A stretch of DNA of 64,000 bases, from contig NC_058368.1 of assembly GCF_018350175.1 (NCBI RefSeq), positions 75,394,001-75,458,000 of the forward strand. The letters run 5' to 3'. The notes beneath the pieces were generated by a model. It ran no database searches and was not told where the DNA came from. It was given only the letters and a program-made list of their open reading frames with translations. Source of the stretch: Felis catus (taxonomy: Eukaryota). The position numbers and the translations under genes are program-made. Each line of letters opens with the position of its first letter. Position 1 is the first letter of the stretch. This document shows positions 38,457 through 50,979 of the stretch, piece by piece.

Positions 38457-41339
38457 TACTTTTTTATTTCTTCAAGGACAGGTAATATGTTTGAGTTTGA
38501 CGGATTTCCTTAAAATGCATGTACGATCTTGGGTACGAAAGTTATATAAAATGTGAATCCAAGATGAATGTCCTACTAACTTTTTTCTGTGAAATTGAAG
38601 GAGTGCTCCTTGGCTGCCTATTGTCCTAAATAGAAAGAAACTGGTTACGTTTCTCAGACGGTACACTGAGGAGGTCTGCTGTGAAGCTACATTGTGTTGA
38701 GCAGGAACAGAGAGAGATGTTCTGAGGGCCGGAACGGATACAGAAATGGGCACAACGGTAGGTAGTGATGAGTCATCACTGTGATTTTAAACCTCAGACG
38801 GAAAACTAACCCGAGACCTATATAATGCAGATTGTGATCATTGCCTTGCGTACAGTGAAAATGTAGGCTTCCATTTTGTTAAGTACATGTAAATATTATC
38901 GTACCTAACTGTAATTAAAATATAGGCTCACAGACAGCTTTTTAAATGACATTTCACTCAATAGTGTCTCGGTCGCATGCATCTTTATAAACCCAACATA
39001 CACACATACCGTGCACAAATACAATGTTAAGGACTTAGACATATTTATATCATTTTACTTTAAAATAAATATTGAAAGGGAGATTCAGTGGACCGGAAAA
39101 CCAAGATCAATTTTAAAATAATTGCACGTCTGCAAAGCGGCAAATCAAGTATTAAAACCCCCCGATTGGTGTATTTTGTCAGAACAAAAAAACACAGGTT
39201 TCTTCATTGGTTTTCATCTACTGTGGAAGAGTAGGTAATTTGCATCCATCCCTGATGGCAATGACCTAGCCATGTTGTAATTGGTGATTCTGCATGGAGA
39301 ATAAAACAAAGGACCAAATCAATTCCCGGTCGATAGAAAGTGATTTTGTTGGCTCTGTTGGTGCTGGACACACATTCCCCTTGCAGACAGTTAAAGTGGT
39401 TCAGGGCAAAGGCTGTTTCATTATTACCGATGATGGAGGATTGACTGGAGTGCTATCTATGTAACAGGGTCGCAGCTCTCAGATTGCTGTGCTGGGTTGC
39501 TTCTTGACCTTTTAGACACATGGTCAAGCAAAATGATCTTAGGCCACTTCAACATAGATACTTAAATTGTCTTACAGTTTCTACCATTTACAGGAGCTTG
39601 TAGAGCGATCATTTTACGATCATATGACCTTTTGCAAAGCTATTTTTTTCCTCTACTTGAATCAATGCATAAGCCTCAAAGCAGCCCTAAGTTTCGACCA
39701 GTGATTCCTCCTTCTACACCCACCACACCCTGCCCCCATCACATTTCTAAGGTTACATCTGCGGCTCAATGATCCAGGGGAATAAATATTGGAGGAGAGC
39801 AATGGAACAGTCGTAACAGTCCCACTTACTGAAAATAGTACTACTTCTCTCTAAATTAAGTGTGTAATTGGCAAGCCTTATTTATACTCTCATAGGGATT
39901 AGCTTTTATTGATCTAATTAGGATGAAGCTCTGAAATCACTTGCCAGTCAACCTGATGGAGCCACAGCTGCACATTATTCTATTCTTCCAACAAACGGTG
40001 ACATCAGGGAGGGAAAAGGCAGGATAACATTCGCCACATGTGCTCTGCCACCAAAGAAGATCATGTAATGATACAGACCATGTCCTGATGGAAGGGTCTC
40101 TCTAGAACGTAAATTTTAATTCCGATGCATGAGGTGTAGGGAAAGAGGCTCTCAAATTTTGTCTTTGATGGCAAACGCCATCGCGACGTGAAGGGACGCT
40201 CTGTATGATAGCAGGAGACCTCTCAAAGATCATATCCACGTTGGTCAGTCTTAAATAACTTGACTTTTTGGAAGAAGATAGTTTCTTTTGCATTTGTAGT
40301 TGATTTACATCTTTTCGCTTATTTATTTTTTTCGCTCTAAGATACCAGAAAGGATTCCAAGAAAATGTCTTATTTCCCTCTTACAAGTCAAGGGGGTAAA
40401 TGATCAACAAGACTCGAACGCAAACCATTAGGAAGAATGGGTAAAAACGTCTTTCCCCTAATAAAATGGCGACACACATATGATGAGTTTGAACATATTA
40501 ACTCAGTTATTAGGCTAGGCTCTTTGAACAAATGGGACTGTGTTCACTGATCAAACTCCGTTAAGATCGCCTCACTGATTTATCCCTTAGCAATGATGAA
40601 CATCCGTGGACACTGAGTCAATATTTGGAAGAAGATTAGCGGATAAAGGACTGGCCTTTCATTTTCGAGATTGCATCAGTTTTGAGCCATGAGTCACAGA
40701 CTCTAGCCCAGACTTGATAGAGATGACATCTGAAATACAGTTTGGTACTAAGATGATGGAACTAATTGGCTCAGGTAATAGAAAGTTGTTTGCATTTAAA
40801 CAAAATGCAAAGAAAATATTCAGCTTATAAGATCTTTAACGAGGACTCCTGGCATTTGAAAACGTAAAATCCAATACAAACGTACATTTCCTTTTTTATT
40901 ACATTTCAAAATGTATCCCTGCATTTCTATTCCCAAGAGATAAGAAATTTATTAGCAGTTACTTTGATTAAAATATGACAGCTGCTATAAAACAATATGC
41001 TTATATTACTTGTTTCTTGGAAAGTTTCTATTTCATTTACATACAAAATATCCTTTTTTCTTATACTCATAGTGAATTTTCTAATGTCTCCATGCTTTAG
41101 ATAATTATAAAACCGAGAAAACTGTTTTTAAAAATGTACTTACTTTAAGGATGCGCCTTCGACAAACTTCTCTTTTTTATCTCATCTGGTCTCTGTCATT
41201 TTTTTCTCTTTTCTTCTTCTCTCTGTATCTCCCTCTCTCTCCACACACAGCAAACACGCACACAAACATAGACGTGCCTAAATACATATATATCACTCTC
41301 TTTGCTTTCAGGTCTTAATTTTATCATAAAATGTACAAT

Positions 41340-42420
41340 TGAATCAACGGAGTCCTTTCATTTAAGTTACTTAGTACTTGTTAACAAGTGATCATTGTGT
41401 TAGGTGTCAGCAGGATCTCACTCCTGTCATATAATCTGACATCTCATTAGAGGACAATGAACCTCTAAAGAAACACTCCCTGTACATTGTGATGCACGAC
41501 AGTAAGGTTAAAGTGCCTAATTCTGCTTGTGCCTTCAGAGAGGGGGTATTAGAGAGCTTCCTCCGGAAGGATCAGTAAGAGATTTCCAGCCAAGAAGTGG
41601 GACAGGCCACTCAGTGTGGGGGGAGAGGAAAATAGTGCCCTCACGCAAGGAAATCGCCACGTGGTACACGGTACTTGCCAAGGAGGGTGGCAAAAGAGAG
41701 AGGTATTGGGTCGGATCATGAAGGTCCTGAAACACAATATTAAGGTGTTTGGATTATACTCGAAGAGCGGTGTGTGACAGCAGGGGTCTTATAATCAATG
41801 GAATGGCGTGTTCAGACTTATTTTGCAGGACAGTAAATTTGCCAGCAATGGGTATAGTGGGCCAAAGTCTAGACCAGAAGATCAATTATGAGGTTGTAGC
41901 AACAAGTGAGGAAGCCACAGTGCTTCTTTAGTTTTAGGCAAATGTTGTGGTGATAGATGGAAGATATCGGATTCAGAACATATGTGTTTGTAACACCAGC
42001 ATTTGCCAATCAATTTCATTGGAGATGACAGGGAGACTTGGTGGGTGATGGGGACAGAAGGGACAAAGGAGATACATGATGGATACCGCGCATGTTGGGG
42101 AAGAGAATCCACCGTGGACAAACCAAGCATTCATGCTGGCAGGGCAGCCCAGGGTCAGAATCTGGAAGGCCTGGACCTCAGGGCAGATGCAGGGACTAGA
42201 AATGAAAATAGACAAATCATTCACCAGAATGTAGAAGGGAATGGACGCCATAAGAGCAATGGTTCTCATGAGGCAATGGTGCCGAGTAGGGAGAGAAGAA
42301 AGCAGAGCTCAGGATTGCACGGTGAGAGCCAGGCAAGGAAAGGGTCACATTGAGAGTCAGAGGAGTGTTAGGAGAATTAGGAGGAAGGGAGATGCCAGCA
42401 GGTTCCCAGTGCCAGCAGTA
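41340..42420 (-). mobile_element. L2 LINE fragments
   Basis: taaggtgtttggattatactcgaagagcggtg...ttttgcaggacagtaaatttgccagcaatgg...gaggttgtagcaacaagtgagg are antisense L2 hallmarks. Confidence 0.7.
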
Positions 42421-42500
42421 AAGGAAAAACTAAAACTGGGCTCTTGTTTCCGGTCACGAGTGATTTTAAGGAGGTGAATCTTATCAGAGAAATGGTTCTC

Positions 42501-42655
42501 AATGGTTCTCAGCTAGGAGTGATTTTGTGACCTGCGGAACATACGGCAATGTTTGGAGACATTTTCGTTTGCTACAAGCTGGATGCTACTGTCATCTGGA
42601 AGACAGTGTCCAGGGATGCTGCTCAACAGGGATGCACAGTATAGCCCCCCACCTC
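42501..42655 (+). mobile_element. MER20-like hAT-Charlie element
   Basis: tggttctcagctaggagtgattttg...ggcaatgtttggagacatttt...ccagggatgctgctcaaca...atgcacagtatagcccccca. Confidence 0.85.
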
Positions 42656-43789
42656 TAATTGTAAAGGATGGAGTCGGCCGTGCAGTGATGAGAGTCTAGA
42701 TGAGTTCTTAATTAGTTGGACCAAGAAGTTGAGTCTAGGGGGCACGTAGAATGAATAGAGACCACTCTATCAAGACCAAGCAAACAATTAAGGTTCCGGA
42801 GGCAATTTTACATGCAGAAGGTGATGGAAATAGGGCAAGATCGGGATAATATGCCAACATTCTGGGAAAATACGTGACGTGCAGAATGAAACAGGATGTC
42901 ACCTATGAGATCCTCCCACTGTCACGTAGGGATACTGCATTCATAGGACAAAAATTTCTGATGTACGGACAAGACTTGGAATAACCTATGTAAATCAAAG
43001 TTATAGTGCATAAGGAAAAGATAACTTTCGTGAAGAAAGAATAAAATTCTGGTTGACATTTCACCTTCCCCAGGTGAAAAATAAATTGTAGAAATATAGG
43101 TATGAGGACCCAGCATGCAGGATAGTTCAATCAAAGGCAGGAAGATCCAGATCTCTGGGGCCTTAGTTCAGGCAGTTAATCTAATAAAGGAAAATTGAGG
43201 GCCGCACTGGGTTCGAGCACTAGGCATGCCTGGGCTGTGGGATAACGTAGAAGTTTTCAGTTCTACCCACTTCCTAACGACGGCACTTTGGACACAAGGG
43301 TTTGCTGGTTCCTCTTTGGATTAGAAAGGAGAGTCTCAAGCTGTTATTTCAACTGTCTCTTTCTAATGCTCTTTTCTCATATTAATTCTGGGGAGCTGTT
43401 GCTCCCACGGAGCTTTCCAGTTCCAAGCCACTGTCTCCAAAAGCCCTCGGATCCCAGATCCCTTACCTCGAGTGCCATTCTAGGTCCCTAAGTTTGGCTT
43501 CAGCTTGGTGTTGATCCGATTAAAATGACACTTTATTGTAAGTCATGCTAAATCATACCGTTTTAACCTAGAGCTGGAAAATATGGCCAGAAGATTTTTC
43601 TTTTCTTTCCCAGCACAGCACATGATCTTTTTCTTTACAATAAACTGACATTTCTGGAGGACCATGCCCTCACTGTCTTTTGCTTCAGCCTAAGCCACTC
43701 ATTTTACCTGAAGTCAAGCTGCCCTTTATTGTGTATACTTTTTGCCTTATCCCTGAATGCATTTGAATAATGAATACGGAGTTTAACCA

Positions 43790-43960
43790 AGCCCTTCTCA
43801 AATGCTAATGTGCGTAAGAATCACCTGGAGATCCTGTTAGAATTGCAGATTCTGATTCTGTAGGTCTGGGGTAGGCTGAAATTTTTCATTTCTAAGAACT
43901 CCAGCGGACAGCTGATGATTCTGGACCAACCAAGGACCACTTTGGGAGTAGTAAGGATTT
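43790..43960. mobile_element. MER5B/MER5A-like MITE
   Basis: cttctcaaatgctaatgtgcgtaagaatcacctggagatcctgttagaattgcagattctgattctgtaggtctggggtagg...ggaccactttgggagtag. Confidence 0.85.
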
Positions 43961-45019
43961 AACCTTTCAGAGGGCTGCTAATTCTCTTAGGAGTCTGTTA
44001 CTGGAATGAATCAACAATTTGAAAAAGCGATTAGAGCATTATCGCTCAATCAGCAAAGATTCTTTCTCTCTGTTGTTTTAGTTCAGTTTTGCTCTCCCTC
44101 TTTGTGGGGGAGGGAGGAACAATGGTAGGACAGGAAGAAACAAATACTAGGTCCTCCAGGACCTTTATATCCTCTCAAATGTAGACCCAAACAAAATTCA
44201 AGTAAACTGATCATCTGAATCCCCTGAGCTGAACAGGAAGCCGCCATTACTCCCTGAATCAAGTGGTCCGAGCAAAGAATGTCATCATGCTCCCTTTATT
44301 TCTCTCCAGGTGAAAAATTGTAACCAAACTAAAGTCCACTGTCTCCTTCCTTTTTGTTCATGTATAATGCAGAGAGAAGGATTGTTCTAATCTATTATTT
44401 TGAAGACACATTTACAATACCCGGGCCTGTTACCCAAGGGCTCACCTTAAATAAAGACAATTTTCATGACCTCATAACACTGTCAGTTGCCCACAAAAGG
44501 GGGGAAAATGCCATTGTGTATCTGGTGCCAAAATGTTTAGCCAACTCCTTTTCTGCAAGCACTACCCCTCCCAAGTTGGTTCTCCAGGGTAGAATTGGAG
44601 GAAGTGAACTCTTGATCAGAGACACGCTAACCAGGCAGAAAGTTCTGACTCAGCAGAGACTACTGCAGTCATCCCTTGGGTAAAGACAGTGGAATGCAAG
44701 GGGATCATGAAAACGTTATCAGAAAATGAAATTACATGACTTTCACGTGCTTTGAAAATGACCTATTTTATCAGGGTTTATCCAAAAATAAACACCTAAT
44801 TCCGTTTACTTCCTTTCTTACCAAGCACTTTTTCACTTACTAATCTAAATGCATTAATTTGGTTTTACACTTGTTGTGTTTCTCTGAATTCAACTTTGAT
44901 CTCTTAAAAGCAGTGCACAAATTCAGGCCAATTTCTCTCCCTCTCTCTTCATTAACTCGTAATTCTGTTTTATCTCCAGATAGTCTTTGATAATAAATGA
45001 AAGATTTCAGGACAAACTC

Positions 45020-45540
45020 TAAACCAATATTTACTGAGTATCTGCCTTAGGTTAGGCACTTTTGTAACTGGTGAAGCAAGACAGTTAAAAGAACGAGAAA
45101 GAAAGAAAGAAAGAAAAGGAAGGAAAGGAAAGGAAAGGAAAGAAAGGGAAGAGAAGAGAAGAGAAGAGAAGAGAAGAGAAGAGAAGAGAAGAGGAAAGAA
45201 AAGAAAAGAAAAGAAAAGAAAAGAAAAGAAAAGAAAAAGTTCTTTCCATTATGAGCTTTCACTGTTGCCGAGGGAAACAGATCCATATTCTGTCAGATGG
45301 TATTAAGTGCTATTAAGTAAAAGAAAACATTTACTGGGTATAGGGCATACCAAGGTTGAGGTCAGACCAGTAGGCAATGAGAGGGCAAGCCAAAAGGTCA
45401 ATGCTGAAAGAACCAACATGCAGAGGGAACAGGAAATGCAAAGCACTGAGGGGAGGTGATGCTCCAGAAACAGCAAAGAAGCTAACATCCTTGCAAGAGA
45501 GAGAGGGCAGGACAGGAAGTCTCAGATCTGGCCAGAGCCC
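45020..45540 (-). mobile_element. L2 3' fragment containing a purine microsatellite
   Basis: aatatttactgagtatctgccttaggttaggcact...cagagggaacaggaaatgcaaagcactgagg. Confidence 0.7.
45095..45239. repeat. Compound (GAAA)n(GGAAA)n(GAAGA)n(GAAAA)n polypurine repeat
   Basis: About 145 bp of uninterrupted purines read directly. Confidence 0.97.
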
Positions 45541-46544
45541 TCATCCCCAAGGGCATGCAGGCAGCAAAGTGAAGTTGCCCTAAAACCGAATCTTGGCACT
45601 CCTCTATAGAAACTCAAGATGTGAATAAAAATACAGAATGTGGGTAAAGTGTAGGATTCATTATCTTAAAGAGATGACAGAGGTTTGGGCACGGAAATGT
45701 GCGTAATAGAATGGTTCGCGTTATGTACATTTGATGACGACAGTGCTTTGGAGTAGAGTGTTATCATTCTCATCTCATAGCTGAGGGAACTGCAAAAGGT
45801 AACTGGTGACATGATGTGCCATCGAAGTGGTAAACATTGTGGTATCTCCCCTAGTACCACCTCCATTCACTGATGCCTAAGGGCTGTCCAGGCAGGTGGA
45901 ACAAGAGAAAGGAACCGATGCATTCTTTCCTTCTAAGTTAATGATTCTAGGTCTGAGCGTAAGCCAGAAAAGCTTTGGACAGATGCATGGTCCACATTAT
46001 TATTATTTTTTCCTTTTAACATTTCCATAGGCTGGGTGAGCAGGGGAGAGAGTGAGGTCATAATAGGAAGAAAGCCAGGTCTGGGCAAAAAAAATATTGG
46101 GCACCAGGGCCAGAAGTTATGGTAGGTACCAGGTAAGTATTTGGAAGTCCGCAGTTGGAATTCAAATGGGAAGTGATGTTCACCTGTGCCGAGCAGACAC
46201 CTGTGACATCCATGCCCATCTGTGTAATTACACTCTGGGGAGACACATTAAAGCAGGCACTTTGCCAGCCAGTCCTTGTCCTACAGGAGGAAGGCTCTCC
46301 TCTCCTCTACCACATGGCCCGATGCGATAGTCTCCGGAGCCTAACAGCGTGGACAGCCTCCCTCTCCAATCCGGGACAATGGAAAGAATACAGAACAGAG
46401 TTGTACCGCACCGGGTGGTTGGTTGGTGGCGAGAAATGGAAACTCCCCGAATGGCCGAGTTGAAACAAAACGGAAGAGCTCGACGTTCAAGCTTCCTCCT
46501 CCATCCCACTCTGTGCATTTTGGCCGTAAAAGTGGTAGACTTGA

Positions 46545-46732
46545 GGGGCGCCTGGGTGGCTCAGTGGGTTAAGCGTCTGACTCTTGGTGTTGGCTCGGGT
46601 CATGATCTCACAGTTTGCGAGTTCGAGCCCCGCAACGGGCTCTGTGCTGACAGCTGGGAGCCTGCTTGCAATTCTTGGTCTCTCTCTTTCTCTCTGACCA
46701 TCACCCGCACCTCTCAAAATAAATAAATAAAC
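46545..46732 (+). mobile_element. CanSINE (older subfamily)
   Basis: Full head and tail. TSD aagtggtagacttg at 46530 and 46739. Confidence 0.96.
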
Positions 46733-46823
46733 AGTTCCAAGTGGTAGACTTGGTATTTTAAGCCGGGGCTTCCAAAACTTTGGAAGGTAGGCCGCCTTAT
46801 CCCATGATAAAGCAATCATTTTA

Positions 46824-47042
46824 TTTATTTATTTTTTCAACGTTTATTTATTTTTGGGACAGAGAGAGACAGAGCGTGAACGGGGGAGGGGCAGAGAGAG
46901 AGAGGGAGACACAGAATCGGAAACAGGCTCCAGGCTCCCAGCCATCAGCCCAGAGCCCGACGCGGGGCTCGAACCCACGGACCGCGAGATCGTGACCTGG
47001 CTGAAGTCGGACGCTTAACCGACTGCGCCACCCAGGCGCCCC
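46824..47042 (-). mobile_element. Young SINEC_Fc
   Basis: CpG-rich near-consensus body. TSD aaagcaatcatttta (46809) / aaagcaatcgtttta (47043). Confidence 0.98.
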
Positions 47043-47174
47043 AAAGCAATCGTTTTAATAGTGAAAATAAATCCACACCGTATTTTATCCACAAAAACGA
47101 TATCAGCTTTAGTAAATCTTACCTTCATACTTCCCCAACATACAGCAACAGACAAATACTAAAATCAGCAATTG

Positions 47175-47625
47175 TCAGAATTTATTAAGCTTTTGGTATG
47201 TGTTAGGCACTTTGCAAGCATTTTACATGAATTCCTCATTTAGTCACACGTCACGTATCTCTTCTCCTTACTTTCTATGTCTCAGTTGCTTTAGGCTGCT
47301 TCAGGCTTCCAGAAAATGCCAAATTCTTGTCTGCCACGGGGACTTTGCACTTGCTCATCTCTCCCTGAAACAATTATCTCTGCCAAGTTCTTTCTAAGGC
47401 TTTCTTTCATCTTTCTTACTTAAGTCACTGACTTCAAAGTCCGGGAGGCCCCTCTGGAGGTCTAAAAATAGTTTCCGCTATTCTTGACAAGTATGACATT
47501 GTTGCCTTTTATGTGTTTTTCACTGTCCCTCTGACCATCTCAAACTACTATCTGTCTGTCTGTATCATCTAGCTCACTCCCCTAGAACATAAGTAGCTAG
47601 AGCACAAGGACCAGTCTCTCTTGTA
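47175..47625. mobile_element. MIR and L2 fragments
   Basis: tttattaagc...tgtgttaggcactttgcaagcatttttacatg (MIR); agggactttgcacttgct-like and ctagaacataagtagctagagcacaaggacc (L2). Confidence 0.6.
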
Positions 47626-47639
47626 GCCAACAGGAAAAT

Positions 47640-48360
47640 GGGGCATACCGAGATACCCCATCACTTGCACTGGGATGACTAACATTAAAAAGACAGGTCG
47701 GTGTTGGTGAGGCAGTGAGGGAATTAGATTCTTTCCACATGGCTGGTAGGAAGACAAAATGGTGCGGCGGTTTTGGGGATACAGTCTGGTAGTTCACCAA
47801 AGGTTCAAACATAGAGTAATCACGTGATTCAGAAATTTCAGTTGTGGGTTTATTCCCAAGAGGAAGGAACACTTCTTGTGGCAGAAAAACATGCAAATAA
47901 CTGTTTACAACAGCATTATTTATAACAGCCCCAAAGTACAAATGACCCAAAAGTTCACCAACTGATGAGGTAAAATAATGTGGTACTGATGTCCAATGAT
48001 ATATGGGGCAATTAAAAAAAAAAAAGTATTGACACATGCTAGACCTTGGAAAAATTACCTTAAGTGAAAGAAGTCCGTCACAATATACCATGATTTGTGC
48101 CATTTCATTGATTTGAACTGTCCAGAATTGTCAAACCCCTAGAGACAGGAAGCAGATTCCTAGTTGCCTCGGGGTGAGGGCTGAGACGTGCACGGTTGTT
48201 ATAAAAGGGGCCATTGAGAAAGGGGGCTCTTTTTGGGGTAATGAAGATGTTCTAAAATTGATCGTGGTGACGTTTGCACAACACCATGAATATCCTAAAG
48301 ACAATTGGAATTGTACACAAAATGGGTGAATTGTACGGAATGTGAATTATATCTCAACAA
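47640..48360 (+). mobile_element. L1MB-like LINE-1 3' end
   Basis: cagcattatttataacagccccaaagt...taagtgaaagaagtccgtcac...gttctaaaattgatcgtggtgacgtttgcacaac...gaattatatctcaa. Confidence 0.88.
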
Positions 48361-48454
48361 CAACAACAACAACAAAACCAGCATAATAGAAAATAAGGTG
48401 CAGGGAGTAAGTAGACTTTATTCTTGATTCTTTTGCCTGAAGATAGAACAATTT

Positions 48455-48457
48455 TCC

Positions 48458-48490
<33 letters not shown>

Positions 48491-48728
48491 GACTGCTTTA
48501 ATATATATATATATATGTATCTCCATTTCATATATATATGACTGCTTTTATATATATATATATATATATTTGCTTTAATATTATACATATATATATTTGA
48601 GGCATATATATATATATTTGAGGCATATATATATATATTTGAGGCATATATATATATTTGAGGCATATACATATATATTTGAGGCATATATATATATATT
48701 TGAGGCATATATATATATATATATTTGA

Positions 48729-48778
<50 letters not shown>

Positions 48779-48784
48779 AGGCAT
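48455..48784. repeat. (TA)n tract with 8 x TTTGAGGCA(TA)n minisatellite
   Basis: tttgaggca at about 48596, 48617, 48638, 48657, 48678, 48699, 48724 and 48775. Confidence 0.96.
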
Positions 48785-48917
48785 CTCTAGGAGAGTTTCT
48801 TTCCAGGTGAGGCATCAGTAAAATAATCTGAAATGTACTTAGTAAGATTCCAGTTAAACCATAGTTACCTACTTTCTAACCACATTCAAGAGGGATAAAT
48901 TAAAAATGGCCTTTTTA

Positions 48918-49148
48918 GGGGCGCCTGGGTGGCTCAGGCGGTTGAGCGTCCGACTTCGGTTCAGGTCATGATCTCACGGTTTGTGGGTTCCGGCCGCCCG
49001 CGTTGGGCTCTGTGCTGACAGCTCGGAGCCTGCAACCTGCTTCGAGTTCTGTTCTCCCTCTCTCTCTCTGCCCCCACCCCCCACCACCCTGCTCATACTC
49101 TGCCTCTCTCGGTCTCTCAAAAATAAATAAATGTTAAAACATTTTTTT
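48918..49148 (+). mobile_element. CanSINE (SINEC_Fc family)
   Basis: Full SINE. TSD aaatggccttttta / aaatggctttttta. Confidence 0.96.
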
Positions 49149-50901
49149 AAATGGCTTTTTTATAGTAAGCCATAGATAACATTATTTTACTTCATGTCTA
49201 TTAATTTTCATGGCATCTTTAAATCACTGTCTATCTGATTTCATCAAGACATGTTAGAATCTCTAAAATTCTATCCTGTCAGTAGAAACCGCCCTTGTCC
49301 TGCAGCAAAAGGCAATCTGAACAGCGAGCCCCGTCTGCGAGTCCGTTTCGTGGCACATCTTGAACTGCTTTCAAACACTTGAAGTCAAAGCCCCGGAATG
49401 CCCCTTTTGGAACTGCTTTGCCCTTGATTTTTACAACCTTGTGTATTTTAACGGAAATATAATCCATATGTTTTTGAGTCATTTACACTTAAATCATCAA
49501 AACACCAGTCTTTTAGGGTGATGTGATATCCATGAAGACTACTGAGACTTTTTGATAATCCTTTAGAGCGTTTTAATTTAAAAAAAAAAATTTTGTTGTT
49601 GTTGCTCTTCCCAAAATACACTAAAATACTGGGGAGTTCACTTTCTTGGTGTTTTAAACTTGGCGAATTAAGCTCTTGATTAGGTACAGGGAAAAGCGAG
49701 ATGCTGGTGGCGAACGTACTAAAGATTTGATGAAACATAAAGCATGAGTCATTTGGAGCACGCTTCACAGTACTCATGGGTTTAGTCCTTCTTATCCTAA
49801 TGAAAACTTCTGAAAGTATTAATTTCCATGACTGTGGATGCTGCTACGTGTCTCGTTTTACGTTTCCAGATTTGAATCCATTACTACTTTCGCAATATTC
49901 TTAAGCCCTTTACTGTTCTTTATTTGAAAAGTGGTTGGTAATCATTTCAAATTTATTTTTCACATGAGATATAAATTTCCTTTTTACACAAAGTGTAAAA
50001 AAAATTACCGCGCATTTTATAAATCACTGGTTCCATAAAAATGCTTTTTTCCACTGGGTTGTATTCATAGTAGGTAAAATTAATGCTAGTATTATAAAAG
50101 CAAAAAAAAAAAATAGTTCGGTCTTAAAATGCTGTATTTTAAAGTTAGAGGTTTCTTTCAGCCCTTGCTTTTTTTTTTTAATTTTTTTTATGGTAAGGTC
50201 AGTTTTGTTCTCGATTAAATGTATTTTAAAGATGCATTAAGCAACTCTTCATCTTCTCAAATTCTCTTCCTTTCCTCATTTTCCCAAAACGAAATACTTA
50301 TTCCCGCATTTACTTACTCTGGTCCATATGGATTGGTTGCTATCATTCCATCCACTGTGTCCATTTGAGGATCAATTTTCCTTTTTAAGGTTACCTGATC
50401 TGACAATTAATAGCCTGGCTTTATACAATTATTTTTCCTATGTGGACCATGTATGGGGAACTCCATATGATATGAGGATATTTTTTCTGAATCGTGTTCT
50501 CAAATCTTTTCCTGTTGAATGGCATCCAGAATTTACAGCGCTTTTGAATGTATTTTTCTTTACAGAATTTAAATTCTATTTGTAAAAAAGCAAATGGGCT
50601 TTTGTTTTTCTTTAGGTAATTGAAGTTTACGTTATGTGTTCAAGTGGGTTAGATAGTCATGAGGTTGACGCAAGTTGAAGTCAATCTAATTTAATGTAAT
50701 GTTTTCTTTGAGGTGTTGCTGGAGATGAGCTCCTTAATGGAAAGGACTTTTACTACTTGAAAACTGTCAATAAACTCAACGTGCACATCAGTTAACCTTT
50801 GCCCTTATCTATGTATGACTAGAAAACATCACAATTCATTCTCAAAACTACATGGAAACCTTACACTCTGAATACCAATCAATATACCACGACATTCTAA
50901 A

Positions 50902-50934
50902 ATACTGACTACTTCCACCCTAAAAAGTTAGGTC

Positions 50935-50979
<45 letters not shown>

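Noticed and set aside
46031..46132. Exon-like segment (ttccatAG ... CAG|GTAAGT), 102 nt
   Set aside because: Stop codons occur in all three frames. It could only be a non-coding or pseudo-exon, and nothing else supports it.
48590..48784. CRISPR-like appearance of the TTTGAGGCA array
   Set aside because: The repeats are only 9 bp, the spacers are just (TA)n, there are no cas genes, and the DNA is mammalian.
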